Translations under genes and position numbers: made by a program
Assembly (NCBI GenBank): GCA_965214935.1
Contig: CBDCCS010000022.1
Span: forward strand, 160,001 to 224,000
Reading direction: 5' to 3'
Origin: Candidatus Velthaea sp.
GTDB taxonomy: Bacteria > Vulcanimicrobiota > Vulcanimicrobiia > Vulcanimicrobiales > Vulcanimicrobiaceae
DNA length: 64,000 nucleotides
The notes under the pieces: generated by a model
Told to the model about the DNA's origin: nothing
The model's database searches: none
Seen by the model: the letters and a program-made list of their open reading frames with translations, nothing else
Shown here: piece after piece, positions 10,650 through 22,788 of the stretch
How the letters are laid out: each line of letters opens with the position of its first letter
Numbering within the stretch: position 1 is the stretch's first letter

Positions 10650-10676
10650 CTAGCAGTCGTGGCACCCGACTGCCAA
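10650..10676 (-). promoter_or_regulatory. CIRCE-like HrcA operator (variant)
   Basis: Minus strand TTGGCAGTC-N9-GACTGCTAG, 8 nt upstream of the hrcA ATG; canonical CIRCE is TTAGCACTC-N9-GAGTGCTAA. Confidence 0.85.
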
Positions 10677-10759
10677 GAATTATTGGTAAGCGTAGCATTC
10701 CCCGTTTCAACGGTCAAGTTCATGAAGGGCTCGGGCCGGACGGAGGAAAGCACCACGCA

Positions 10760-12726
<1,967 letters not shown>

Positions 12727-12727
<1 letters not shown>

Positions 12728-13383
12728 CGCTGAACACCGACTTCGACCAAGCAGAACGCGCCGCACTCTACCGTGCGATCGCATTGCGCCGTGACGTTCG
12801 AGCTGAATTTACCTCCGAACCGGTCGACGACGAGATGCTCGTCCGGATTCTCGGCGCTGCACATCAGGCACCGTCGGTCGGACTGTCGCAGCCGTGGCGT
12901 TTCATCGTCGTACGCGATCGCATAACCCGGCAGGCGGCTTACAACGCATTCTTGCGTGAGAACGCAGCAGCAGCGGCAACCTACGACATCGAGACGCAAG
13001 AACGGTACATCCCGCTTCGGCTCGCCGGGATTCTCGAGGCACCCGTGAATATTTGCGTAACGTGCGATGACGATCCCAATCGCGGCAAGGGTTTAGGGCG
13101 GCGTACGATGCCCGAAACCGCACGCTATTCAACGGTTTGCGCAATACAGAATCTTTGGCTTGCAGCGCGCGTCGAGGGGCTCGGCGTCGGCTGGGTGAGC
13201 ATCATCGAACCCGCCGAGCTGCGGACGCTTCTGGCGATTCCCGACGGCTTGGCGATCGTCGCTTATTTGTGCGTGGGTCACGTCCGCACGTTTGCGCCGC
13301 TTGCCGATCTCGAGCGCGACCGATGGGAGCAGCGCGTCCCGCTCGACGAAGTGCTCGACTACGAACGCTACGGCAAGAAATGA
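12727..13383 (+). CDS. bluB: 5,6-dimethylbenzimidazole synthase
   Basis: FDQAERAALYRAIALRRDVR, AHQAPSVGLSQPWRF, LGRRTMPE, CAIQNLWLAAR.EGLGVGWVS. The conserved N-terminus lies upstream of the TTG at 12784; likely start is ACG 12727 or CTG 12730. Confidence 0.9.
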
Positions 13384-13449
13384 GCAGCAGCGAGGCTCTC
13401 GGCGCGATTGACAGACTCCTGCGAGCGCAGGAATGTGCGCCGGCGTAAG

Positions 13450-13532
13450 TTCGATGAAACGAAGGTTCGCTGCAGCTACAATTCGCTGCCAGCCACGCTT
13501 CGCTGCCAGCCACGGTTCGCTGCAAGCGCAGC
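13450..13532. repeat. Short intergenic tandem repeat, 5 units of 16-17 bp
   Basis: Units begin at 13450, 13466, 13482, 13499, 13516; core TTCGCTGC(C)AGC; units 3 and 4 share TTCGCTGCCAGCCACG. Confidence 0.85.
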
Positions 13533-13724
13533 TTCATATACGAGTTCGTCGGCACGCCTGAACCTTAGGCTTACTTGATTTTTCATTTTGCCGAATATCG
13601 TGATGCGGTCTCCGCTCATTTGAAGATTTTGTCCGGGAGTTTGCTGCCGAGCGTTGTGCCTTAACGGAGCGTTAATCCGATCGTGCGACAGTTTTATGCA
13701 ACAGAGAGCATGTGGGAGAACGCC

Positions 13725-14792
13725 GTGCGCCGATCGCTTCGTTCGACTTTCGTTTTAGCGCTGACGTCGTGCGTCATCTTTAGTAGCTCGCGAGTTGACG
13801 CGCATCGCTTGCACGTTCGTACGCTCGACCTGCCGGTCACGCAAAGCGCGTCCGATCTTACGGTTCGGCCGTTTGCGTCGGGGACGCCGAACGGCGTAAC
13901 CAATCCTGATTCGATCGTCGTCACCAAGCAGCACGTGTACATTGCGTATCAGAACGACACGCCGCCGACGGGAAGTGCACTCAAGAGCACGATCGTGCAG
14001 TATGATCGCGCGGGGCACGTCGTGCGGACCGTTGCGGTGACGGGCCGTTGTGACGGCATGCGATGGAACCCCTACACGCACACGCTTTGGGCGACCGTCA
14101 ACGAAGATTCGTATCCGGGCCTGTATGTAATCTCGCCGCAACGCTCGACGTTACGGCGTTATGCTTTTGCGTGGCCGACGCCGCATGGCGGCGGTTACGA
14201 TGATATCGGATTTAGTCAGGGCAAAGCATTCGTCTCGGGCTCCAATCCGACGCTCAACGCCGCGGGCGTAAATGTGTTCCCGGCAGTCGATGAAGTGACG
14301 CTGCAAGCCGACGGCCGGGCCGTTGTTTCACCGGTGATCTCCGGCAATGCACTGGTCAAAGATACGACGACCAACACGTTCGTGCACATCAACGCAATCG
14401 ACCCCGACTCGATGCAGATCGCGCCCAACGGCGACGTGGTGCTCGTCGATCAAGCCGGAACGGAGCTTGTCTTCATTCACAATCCGGGCACGAAGAACCA
14501 GTGGCTGAGCCGGATCCCGACCGGTACCCAGCTCGACGACATCGACGTGACGCGTTCGGCACACGGCGCGCTTTATATCGTCGACAGCCATAAGAATCTC
14601 ACCTCGATCGTCACGGCGGCACGTTGGCCGATCGGGCAAATTTGGACCGAAGCGCCGAGCGACTCGGGCGTGGCAGGCTTCGTCGGAACGCTCGATCTTT
14701 CGACCGGCAACATCGTGCCGCAACTCATCGGCTTCGGCAGCCCGACCGGTTTAATTTGGGTCGACGACTCCGCACCCGACGAAGGCTCGTAA
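13725..14792 (+). CDS. Secreted beta-propeller-like hypothetical protein
   Basis: Signal peptide ending VDA; repeated blade-like motifs (NPDSI, CDGMRW, YDDI, DPDSM, LDDI, SPTGL); GGGAG before GTG 13725. Confidence 0.7.
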   Translation: MRRSLRSTFVLALTSCVIFSSSRVDAHRLHVRTLDLPVTQSASDLTVRPFASGTPNGVTNPDSIVVTKQHVYIAYQNDTPPTGSALKSTIVQYDRAGHVVRTVAVTGRCDGMRWNPYTHTLWATVNEDSYPGLYVISPQRSTLRRYAFAWPTPHGGGYDDIGFSQGKAFVSGSNPTLNAAGVNVFPAVDEVTLQADGRAVVSPVISGNALVKDTTTNTFVHINAIDPDSMQIAPNGDVVLVDQAGTELVFIHNPGTKNQWLSRIPTGTQLDDIDVTRSAHGALYIVDSHKNLTSIVTAARWPIGQIWTEAPSDSGVAGFVGTLDLSTGNIVPQLIGFGSPTGLIWVDDSAPDEGS

Positions 14793-14794
14793 CC

Positions 14795-15412
14795 TCACAG
14801 CCAGCCGCGGTCGCGCGCGATTCGCGCAGCATCGATACGATTGGTACCGCCGACTTTGCCGATCGCCTCGGACAGGTAGTTGCGTACAGTGCCGTCGCTC
14901 AAACCAAGTTTTCGGGCAATTGCACTTGCGGTCAATCCTTCGCCGCCCAAGCGCAGTACCGTTCGTTCGCGTTCGCTGAGCGGATCGCGCTCGACCCACG
15001 AGTCGAGCGCTAAGCTGGGATCGATGACGCGTTCGCCTCGAGCAACACGCCGAACGGCCGCGGCAAGTTCGCTCGACGGGCGGTCTTTGAGCACGTAGCC
15101 GGCAACGCCGGCATCAAGTGCGCGCCGCAAATAGCCGCTGCGCGCAAAGGTGGTAACGATGATCACGCGCGTCGGCAGTTTACGCGTTTGGATATCGGCG
15201 GCAAGTTGCAGACCGGTTCGTTTCGGCATTTCGATATCGGTGACGAGTACGTCCGGGACGAGCGATTCGACAAGCTTGCATGCCGCTTCGCCGTCTTCGG
15301 CCTGCGCGACGACATCGATGTCTCCCGCAAGTTGCAACAACGCCGCAAGCGCACCGCGGACCATCGCTTGATCTTCAGCGATGACCACGCGAACGCGCTG
15401 CGTCCCGATCAC
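14795..15412 (-). CDS. NarL/DesR family response regulator
   Basis: AEDQAMVRGAL, TDIEMP, TTFARSGYL, LuxR HTH GTVRNYLSEAIGK. Confidence 0.93.
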   Translation of the reverse strand: MIGTQRVRVVIAEDQAMVRGALAALLQLAGDIDVVAQAEDGEAACKLVESLVPDVLVTDIEMPKRTGLQLAADIQTRKLPTRVIIVTTFARSGYLRRALDAGVAGYVLKDRPSSELAAAVRRVARGERVIDPSLALDSWVERDPLSERERTVLRLGGEGLTASAIARKLGLSDGTVRNYLSEAIGKVGGTNRIDAARIARDRGWL

Positions 15413-16509
15413 GCCGGCAAGGTGACGATCAAGCGCGTTCCATTCGCAACGTCGCGTACGAGCGTTCCGCCCAGCGCTTCAACCCGTTCGCGCATTCCGG
15501 CCAGACCAAAACCGTCGCTCGTCGCATTGCCTTTGCCGTCGTCGGCAATCTCGAGCCGCACCGACCCGCCGGCGCGTCGGAGGCACAAGCGACACGAACG
15601 CGCTCGTGCATGACGGATGATATTGGTGACGCCTTCGCGCATCGCTAAAGCAAGTACACCCTCTTGCGTCGCCGTCAACGGCAGCTTCTCGCTTTCACAC
15701 GCCACCTCTAAACCGGCGATCTCGAGCACGTCGCGCGCACGCGTGAACTCAGCGTCGATACCGGCCGAACGGTATCCGGCAACGGCTTTGCGTAACTCGC
15801 CGAGCGTTTCGCGCGCGATCTGTTCGACATCCCGAATCTCATGCGCGGCGCGCACGATGTCGCCTTCGGAAAGTTTCGCCGCGAGCTCCGATTTTAGCAC
15901 GATGACGGAAAGTGTATGACCCAGGACATCGTGCAAGTCGCGCGCGATTCGCTCGCGCTCGGCAACTTTGGCGATACGCTCGATCTCTGCGTGCGCTAAG
16001 CGCAAAGCAGCATCCGCGCGACGACGTTCGGCACTGCGCGCACCGACCGAACCGAGAACGGTGGAAAGCACGAGGGTGTAACCGATCGAATAGGCCGGCA
16101 AGTGCAGCGCAGCGCAAAGTGCCGCGACGATAACAACGTAAATTCCGACATTACGATACGCGCGTTCCGGCGGCTCGATCCACGCGACGCAGCACGCTCC
16201 GTACACAAAGTAACTGATCGCCGCGTCATTGCCCGGCGCGAAGAGCGCACCCAATAGGACCATGCCGGCAATAACGGCGACCTGTTGCCGGCCCCCAACC
16301 CAATAGGCGCGAAAGTACAAAGTGAGGAAGGCGACGAGGCCCGCGAGCGTCGCTGCCCATGCCGCCGGCGACTGACGATCGAAATACGCTTCAATGGGAA
16401 TCGGAAGCAGATAGACGAGCCACGCATAAGGCATCCAGCCTTGATCGAGATGCTCGGGCAGCAAACGCAACGCACCTTGCGATTGCCGCGCCGGCCGAGC
16501 GTCAGCCAT
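15409..16509 (-). CDS. DesK-like membrane sensor histidine kinase (HisKA_3)
   Basis: About 5 TM helices; ERERIARDLHDVLGHTLS, REGVTNIIRHA, DDGKG, GFGLAGMRERV; start MADARP. Confidence 0.93.
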   Translation of the reverse strand: MADARPARQSQGALRLLPEHLDQGWMPYAWLVYLLPIPIEAYFDRQSPAAWAATLAGLVAFLTLYFRAYWVGGRQQVAVIAGMVLLGALFAPGNDAAISYFVYGACCVAWIEPPERAYRNVGIYVVIVAALCAALHLPAYSIGYTLVLSTVLGSVGARSAERRRADAALRLAHAEIERIAKVAERERIARDLHDVLGHTLSVIVLKSELAAKLSEGDIVRAAHEIRDVEQIARETLGELRKAVAGYRSAGIDAEFTRARDVLEIAGLEVACESEKLPLTATQEGVLALAMREGVTNIIRHARARSCRLCLRRAGGSVRLEIADDGKGNATSDGFGLAGMRERVEALGGTLVRDVANGTRLIVTLPA

Positions 16510-16523
16510 GCCGCACGCGTGAA

Positions 16524-17285
16524 TCAACCATAGACCGAACCTTCGTCGCGCCGAAAGCCGACCGCTGCCGCCGATATGCCCACGACGGTGAAGGCGACAA
16601 GTGCGAGGACGTGCACCCACAAAGCGCCGCCGTCACTCGCGCCGATCGTGCCGAGCGCGAGTTGTCCTAAGTGATATGCGGGAAGCCACGGCGCGATGTG
16701 CACCACGGCCGGCGGCAGCAGCGAAATCGGAATCCACAAACCGGACAAGAACGACATTGGAAGGTACACGAGGTTCACGACCGCCGGCGCCGAGTTCGGC
16801 TTGACCAGCGATCCGATTGCTAAACCGATGGCGCACATCGGTATTGCGCCCAGAACGAGCGCGCCGCCCAATGCGAGCCATACCCCCGGCGCAAGCCGCA
16901 CGTTGCCGAAAACCGCCCCGGCGATGAACAGCAGCGTGACCACGGCAGCCGAAAAGACGGCGTTCGTTACGAGCTTCGCGAAAAAATAGGCTAGCGGCGG
17001 CATCGGACTTGCACGCTTTACCAACAGCCAGCCCTGACCCCGTTCCATCGCGACGTTAACGCCGAAGCTGAATAACGCCGCGGCGGTCACGCCGAACGCG
17101 CCGTACGTCGCCAGCAAATAGGTGGCTTGCGTGACGTTGCCGATGCGCTCGCCGCCGAACGTCAATCCGAAGAACGCATAAAACATCAGCGGGATGGCAA
17201 GCGTCGATAAGACGTACGTCGGCAGCCGCGAAAGTTTGGTCAACTCGAAACGTGACTCGAGCATATAGGTGCGGGCGATACTCAT
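16524..17285 (-). CDS. ABC-2 type exporter permease (YvfS-like)
   Basis: Six TM; ERGQGWL..RASP, SGLWIP, LPAYHL. Confidence 0.9.
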   Translation of the reverse strand: MSIARTYMLESRFELTKLSRLPTYVLSTLAIPLMFYAFFGLTFGGERIGNVTQATYLLATYGAFGVTAAALFSFGVNVAMERGQGWLLVKRASPMPPLAYFFAKLVTNAVFSAAVVTLLFIAGAVFGNVRLAPGVWLALGGALVLGAIPMCAIGLAIGSLVKPNSAPAVVNLVYLPMSFLSGLWIPISLLPPAVVHIAPWLPAYHLGQLALGTIGASDGGALWVHVLALVAFTVVGISAAAVGFRRDEGSVYG

Positions 17286-18016
17286 GATACTCTTTCCAAG
17301 CGCGCAGCGCCGGTTAACGAGAGATAGGCCGATTCCAGATCTTGCGCACCGGCACGCGTTTTGATTGCATCGGGCGTCCCTTGGGCGACGATCGTACCGC
17401 CGGTAATAAGTGCTATTCGATCGGCAAGCGCATCCGCTTCACCAAGATAATGCGTGGTCAACAGAACGCTGCGGCCGCGTGCGACGTAGCTGCGAATCTG
17501 CCCCCACAGCAGTTGCCGCGTCTCGATGTCGAGACCGACGGTCGGCTCGTCGAGAAACAGAATATCCGGATCGCCGCAGATCGCCAGCGCGAAGTACAGG
17601 CGCTGCTTTTGGCCACCCGATAGTTGACCGAAGCGGCGATTCTGCAGTCCGTCGAGCGCGGCAAGCCGCAATGTTTCCGATCGCGGTAGCGGGTGCGGGT
17701 AATAACTCGAAAACAGCGTGACGTGTTCGGCCACGGTCAACGTGGCGGGAATATTCGCGACCTGTAACATTGCGCCGCTGCGCACGCGGTTATGCGTTGC
17801 ATACGGATCGCGGCCGAAGATGCGTGCCGAACCGGCCGTCGGCCGCTGCAAGCCGAGCAGCAGCCGGATCGCGGTGGTTTTCCCCGCACCGTTCGGTCCG
17901 AGCAGGGCGAGCGTTTCGCCTGGTGCGACGCTCAGACTAACATCCTTGAGAGCTGCAATTTGACCGTAGTACTTATCAACGTGATCCAGTTGCGCCGGAA
18001 CCGACTCAGCAAACAT
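17282..18016 (-). CDS. ABC exporter ATP-binding protein (YvfR-like)
   Basis: GPNGAGKTT, LSGGQKQR, LDEPTVGLD, TTHYL; GGAGG before ATG 18016. Confidence 0.93.
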   Translation of the reverse strand: MFAESVPAQLDHVDKYYGQIAALKDVSLSVAPGETLALLGPNGAGKTTAIRLLLGLQRPTAGSARIFGRDPYATHNRVRSGAMLQVANIPATLTVAEHVTLFSSYYPHPLPRSETLRLAALDGLQNRRFGQLSGGQKQRLYFALAICGDPDILFLDEPTVGLDIETRQLLWGQIRSYVARGRSVLLTTHYLGEADALADRIALITGGTIVAQGTPDAIKTRAGAQDLESAYLSLTGAARLERVS

Positions 18017-18089
18017 TCTGTAATACCTCCGCACGGAGTATCGCGCATGCGTCGCTTTAGCGGTAAGTCGATATCGTCACGTTCGCAGT

Positions 18090-18230
18090 ATGATACTTGT
18101 CATGCCCCGTCCCGAGCCGGTGTTTTGCCCGCGCGCGATCGGCTCGTTAGCTCAACGGGCGTATCGGTTTGCACATGATGCTTGTCATGCGACGTCCCAA
18201 GCTCCAGTAATCGTCCTAGCGCGATCGGCT
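18090..18230. promoter_or_regulatory. Duplicated ~55-bp unit with ATGA-N6-TCAT palindromes (candidate response-regulator operators)
   Basis: ATGATACTTGTCATGC..GTCCC.AGC..GCGCGATCGGCT (18090-18144) and ATGATGCTTGTCATGC..GTCCC.AGC..GCGCGATCGGCT (18175-18230), upstream of the ABC/TCS operon. Confidence 0.6.
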
Positions 18231-18709
18231 TGTAACTGCGACATGGCGTGCGAATCGCTACACCGCCGTTCCATGCGAACGGTCTGCCTTCAGCGACGCG
18301 CCCCGCCGCGCCGCCGACTGCCGTCAATCGCTAGCGCCCGAATTACTCAACCCTTCACGCTCCGCGATCGCCGCCTGCTGTACGTTTTCACCTCACGGCT
18401 GCAAGCATAGTTGCCGGGCCGCGCCGACATTCAGTCATAGGCGATGCAAGATGCGGCTACCGAGATAGTCACTTTAATGCAGCAGAACTGAGATGCGCAT
18501 TTGCCGGCAAAAGCACGTCGATTAACATTGCGCCGCAGCATTTCGCCGGACCGCCGAGAGCAATGCCGTGTGCTCAGATATTTGACTTTCTCTTTTTGCT
18601 TCGCAAACGTAGCGTGCCGGACCGAACGAGCGCTATAGTCACCGGACGACTTTCGCTGTATCATCTCAGCTAGAGTAAGGTTCGGCGGGTGAAAAAGAGG
18701 TATGCCTCA

Positions 18710-20077
18710 ATGATTGAGCCTCGGAAATTGTTCCATTCGGCATGCGCTGCAACAATGTTCGTTATTTTCGCATTCAGCGGATCGATCGCGATGCCGGCTC
18801 GGCCGATCCGACCGGCCGGCGAGTCGCTCGGACCCCGGATTGTATCCCCGAGCGTACTGCAAGGGCGGCGCTTCCCCGTCATACACTCGTCTCAATCAAC
18901 GGGTTTTGTCATTCGCGATCTCGGGTTGCCGGCCGTGCCTTGTCCACCGGTCATCCTGCCGAACGGGCTGCATGCACTCGTACGTTGCAACGGTGGCGGG
19001 AGCGCTGCGCCCGGAACGTTTCTGCCGACCCCGACGGCGATCGACCGGTATGGCAATGTCGCCGTGCTCGTGTGTCCGGGAGCGAGTTGCTTTAGTTCTC
19101 CCCTCACGTATCCCAGTTACAGCGCCTACGTTTATGACTATCGCTCTCGTGCGCTGATCGCACTAGCAACGTTTGCGCCGGCGAGCGGTAAAGGCCCGTC
19201 GCCGCTACCGCAAACGGCAAGCACGGGCGTCGATCGGTTCGTTCCCAACGCAATGAACGATCGCGGACAGATCGTCGGCTCGGTAACGCATGTCATCGGC
19301 TCGGCGATCACGACGACACGACCGGTCATTTGGATTCGCCGGGATCCATTGTATTCAACGGTCGCCTATCTCGATGCAAAACCGGACGAACAAGGCACGG
19401 CGTACGGTGTCAACAATCTCGGCGTGAGCGTCGGTTCAAGCCGGCTGCGTGGATCGAATGCAGATGTTGCCGTCAGTTTTGCCGGTGCCGAAGCGATCCC
19501 GCTCGCGCCGAATGGCATTTATAACGCAACCGAGGCTTTTGCAATCAATGACGCCGGCGTCGTTGCCGGCGACGAAGTCGGTTTCGCCGGCACGTATTAC
19601 GGCGGCGTCTTCACGCCGATACCGACGCAAGATCAGTGCCCGCCGCCGTTCGATCAATGCGATGAAAATTCTGCGCTTGCCGTTAACGCCTCGAACGACG
19701 TTCTCGGCAACTATGTAAGCAATTACTTCGATATGGCATCGCAGAGCTTCGTCGGCTTTCTCTATCTTAAAAATTCGGTGTTTGAGACGCTGCAGCCGGC
19801 TTGCTTTGACGGAAGCTGTCCCCCGCCGTTCGATCAGCTCACGAACGAATACGTGTTGGCGCTCAACAATCTCGATGATTTTGTCGGCTATTTCGATGGC
19901 CAGCCGTGGGTGTCGTTCTCTCCGACCGGCGATGCAAACGGCTTGTTGCCGCCCAATAGCGGCTGGATCATCAAGACCGCAACGGCGATCAACGATCGGC
20001 GTCAAATCGTCGGACAGGGTTACCACGCCGGCTTCGGCCAAACCTTACGCGCATATCTGCTCGAACCGCAGCAATGA
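18710..20077 (+). CDS. Secreted HAF-repeat-like extracellular protein
   Basis: Signal peptide; repeats AMNDRGQIVG, GVNNLGVSVG, AINDAGVVAG, AINDRRQIVG; terminal RAYLL. Confidence 0.82.
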   Translation: MIEPRKLFHSACAATMFVIFAFSGSIAMPARPIRPAGESLGPRIVSPSVLQGRRFPVIHSSQSTGFVIRDLGLPAVPCPPVILPNGLHALVRCNGGGSAAPGTFLPTPTAIDRYGNVAVLVCPGASCFSSPLTYPSYSAYVYDYRSRALIALATFAPASGKGPSPLPQTASTGVDRFVPNAMNDRGQIVGSVTHVIGSAITTTRPVIWIRRDPLYSTVAYLDAKPDEQGTAYGVNNLGVSVGSSRLRGSNADVAVSFAGAEAIPLAPNGIYNATEAFAINDAGVVAGDEVGFAGTYYGGVFTPIPTQDQCPPPFDQCDENSALAVNASNDVLGNYVSNYFDMASQSFVGFLYLKNSVFETLQPACFDGSCPPPFDQLTNEYVLALNNLDDFVGYFDGQPWVSFSPTGDANGLLPPNSGWIIKTATAINDRRQIVGQGYHAGFGQTLRAYLLEPQQ

Positions 20078-20127
20078 TAAAGCACGCGCAAGGTGCAGGC
20101 GGCCCGAAGACGCGACGGGCTTACGAA

Positions 20128-22065
20128 TTAGTAGCGTGGTGTCCGAAATAAGTCGTCGAGTGCAGCTAAATCGGTGATGCGCGTCGCCGGCGGCAACGCG
20201 TCGACGATCGTTGCACCGTAACTCATGCCGATAGCACGTCCGTCCAACAGCGCGAGCAAACCGCGGTCGTTCTTCGAGCGGATCAAGCGCCCGAAACCTT
20301 GCTTAAGACGCACGATTGCACTCGGAATCATGTACGAAGCGAAACCCGGTTTCCCGCGTGCCTCGAGCGCGGCTAAGCGTGCGGCGACCAGCGGTTCGGA
20401 CGGCGACGGAAATGGCAGCCGATCGATGATGACGCACGACAACTGATCGCCGACGACATCGATCCCTTCCCAAAACGTTGCCGTCGCGAACAGCACGGCA
20501 CCAGGAGTCGAACGGAACCAGGCCAACAGCGCGCTTCGCGGCAAGTCGCCTTGCACTTTCGCTGGAAAAACAAGCCGTTCGGCAAGCAGGGCGTGCACTT
20601 CGCGCAGGCGCGCATACGAGGTGAACAGCACAAATGCCCGGCCGCCGGTGCGATCGAGACACTCTTCGATGATCGGCGCTGCGCGACGGGCAAAATCGCG
20701 CGATTTCGGATTGAGTTCCGGCCCGGCAATGAACAGCCGCGCTTGAGCCGGATAATCGAATGGTGACGGCGCGATCAGCTCTTGGGCATCATCGACGCCT
20801 AAGGTGTCTTTGAGAAAAGCAAACGACGTGCCTTCGGCGATCGTTGCGCTCGTCAAGACGACGCTGCGCGTCCGGGCGAACAGTGCAGCGCGCAGAAACG
20901 ATGCGACCTCGAAGGGTGCGGCGTTAATTTCATAGCGCGCATCGCCGTCGCTGCGTTCGACCCACGCTACCGCATCAATTTCATCGCTGCTTACGCTGCC
21001 GCTCGTCGCCTCGTCCGCCGCACGTTCGATACGTTCGACCGTTGCCGTGTGCGCGGTAATCGCGCGTAGCGCAAGATCGCGCCGGCGTTCGACTTCTGCT
21101 TCGTTCGTCGTCGGGTGCAGCAGCGCGATCTGCCAATTGGCATGCACGAAATTTTCGAGCCGGTACAACGCTTCGCGCACGGCTTCCAGAACGCTTGCGA
21201 TCGCATCGTTTGCGCCGACGGGATAGCGTTCGCCCGGAACGCGCGCCAACGTCGATTGAAGACGGCGCATCGATTCATCGATCTCCGCGTCATATCCGGC
21301 CGGCAGCCGGTAATGACGGTGCAGGCGGCGCATCATGCGTCCGACACCGGCGGCCGAAAGTGTCGCCGTCAAGGCGCTCGTGGCATAGCGTTCGCATTGA
21401 TGCGCCTCGTCGAGAACGACATAATCGTATTGCGGCAGCAGCCCGCCGCCCATCGCCAGGTCGAGAAAAAATAGCGCATGATTGACGACGACGATATCGG
21501 CAAAGCGCGCGGCATCACGCCGTTTAAAGAAATAGCACTCCGCAAAGCGCGAACAATATTCGCCGATGCAATCGTCGGCGTCGGCATCAAGGGCTTCCCA
21601 GTCATCGGAACGCACGGGAAAATCAAGTTCGGCCCGATCGCCCGTCTCCGTGCGGTCCGCCCAGCGCCATAACTTTTCCATGCCGATGCTCGGTGCAACA
21701 AGTCGCTCAGCGCTCATCTGCTCGAACTTTGCGCGGCATAGATAATGGCTGCGACCTTTGAGCAACACGACGCGCGCATCGACGCCTAACGCATCGACGA
21801 CAAGCGGAATGTCTTTGCGCACCAGTTGTTCCTGTAATGCGATCGTCCCGGTCGATATTACGACGCGCTTGCCGCTGCGCAAAGCCGGAACGAGGTACGC
21901 CAGCGACTTGCCGACGCCCGTGCCCGCTTCGACGATCGTGTGAACGTTTTCAAGAAACCCGCGTTCGATCAGCTTCGCCATCTGCACTTGACCCGGACGG
22001 CCTTCAAACCCGCCGAGCGCCCCGGCGATCGGGCCGCCGGCAGCAAACGTTTCATCGATTTTCAT
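20128..22065 (-). CDS. DinG/YoaA family ATP-dependent helicase
   Basis: EAGTGVGKSLAYL, KGRSHYLC plus Fe-S Cys cluster, LDEAH, FWEGIDV, QGFGRLIRS. Confidence 0.93.
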   Translation of the reverse strand: MKIDETFAAGGPIAGALGGFEGRPGQVQMAKLIERGFLENVHTIVEAGTGVGKSLAYLVPALRSGKRVVISTGTIALQEQLVRKDIPLVVDALGVDARVVLLKGRSHYLCRAKFEQMSAERLVAPSIGMEKLWRWADRTETGDRAELDFPVRSDDWEALDADADDCIGEYCSRFAECYFFKRRDAARFADIVVVNHALFFLDLAMGGGLLPQYDYVVLDEAHQCERYATSALTATLSAAGVGRMMRRLHRHYRLPAGYDAEIDESMRRLQSTLARVPGERYPVGANDAIASVLEAVREALYRLENFVHANWQIALLHPTTNEAEVERRRDLALRAITAHTATVERIERAADEATSGSVSSDEIDAVAWVERSDGDARYEINAAPFEVASFLRAALFARTRSVVLTSATIAEGTSFAFLKDTLGVDDAQELIAPSPFDYPAQARLFIAGPELNPKSRDFARRAAPIIEECLDRTGGRAFVLFTSYARLREVHALLAERLVFPAKVQGDLPRSALLAWFRSTPGAVLFATATFWEGIDVVGDQLSCVIIDRLPFPSPSEPLVAARLAALEARGKPGFASYMIPSAIVRLKQGFGRLIRSKNDRGLLALLDGRAIGMSYGATIVDALPPATRITDLAALDDLFRTPRY

Positions 22066-22100
22066 TGCTTCGGCTTAGCTGCGTTGCATCGCGCAATGCT

Positions 22101-22784
22101 TCAATCGTGCGGGTCGTGCAGCGGCGCAATCGGCCGCGGCGGCGCTTCGTCGGTTGCGGCGATGAACTCCGGCGCTTCGTAAACCCCGCTTCCGTCCGGC
22201 GCGGCGACCGGTACCGCATTTTGCGCCGCCACGAGATGACGCGGCAGCCGAAACAGCGCGAAGCCGAAAATCAACCCGGCGAGCAACCCGCCGATGTGCG
22301 CGGCATTTGAGACGAACCGGAAGACGGTAAACCCGAGAATGAGATTGAGGATGATGATTCCGGCGGATTGCTGGACTAAATCGCGGCCCGTTTTGCCAAG
22401 CCGCAGTCCGCCGGCCGTCAGCGCCCCGAACAGCCCGAAGATTGCGCCGCTCGCACCGACCGTCGGTGCGTCATAGCTGAACCACAACACGGCGATACCG
22501 GAGCCGATAATTGCAATTGCGTAAATAATCGCCATCCGCGTGCGGCCATAGAGCAATTCGACAAACGTGCCGACTTGATAGAGCGCGAACATGTTCGTTG
22601 CGATGTGCAGCCAGCCGGCGTGCAGAAATGCCGAGCTGCCGATTCGCCACCATTGACCCGCCGAAACGAACGGACCGTACAAGCCCCCGTCCCGAACGAG
22701 CACCCGCGCATCGGAAGTATCGCCGGTCGTGAGTTGCCACAGAAAAACCAGCACGTTGACGGCGATGAGCGCGCGCGTTAGCAT
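22101..22784 (-). CDS. Rhomboid family intramembrane serine protease
   Basis: QWWR, FLHAGWLHIATNM, GASG, AAHIGG; start MLTRAL. Confidence 0.93.
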   Translation of the reverse strand: MLTRALIAVNVLVFLWQLTTGDTSDARVLVRDGGLYGPFVSAGQWWRIGSSAFLHAGWLHIATNMFALYQVGTFVELLYGRTRMAIIYAIAIIGSGIAVLWFSYDAPTVGASGAIFGLFGALTAGGLRLGKTGRDLVQQSAGIIILNLILGFTVFRFVSNAAHIGGLLAGLIFGFALFRLPRHLVAAQNAVPVAAPDGSGVYEAPEFIAATDEAPPRPIAPLHDPHD

Positions 22785-22788
22785 CGGT

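Noticed and set aside
13450..13532. Possible CRISPR array
   Set aside because: Units are 16-17 bp, directly adjacent with no unique spacers, and there are no cas genes in the window.
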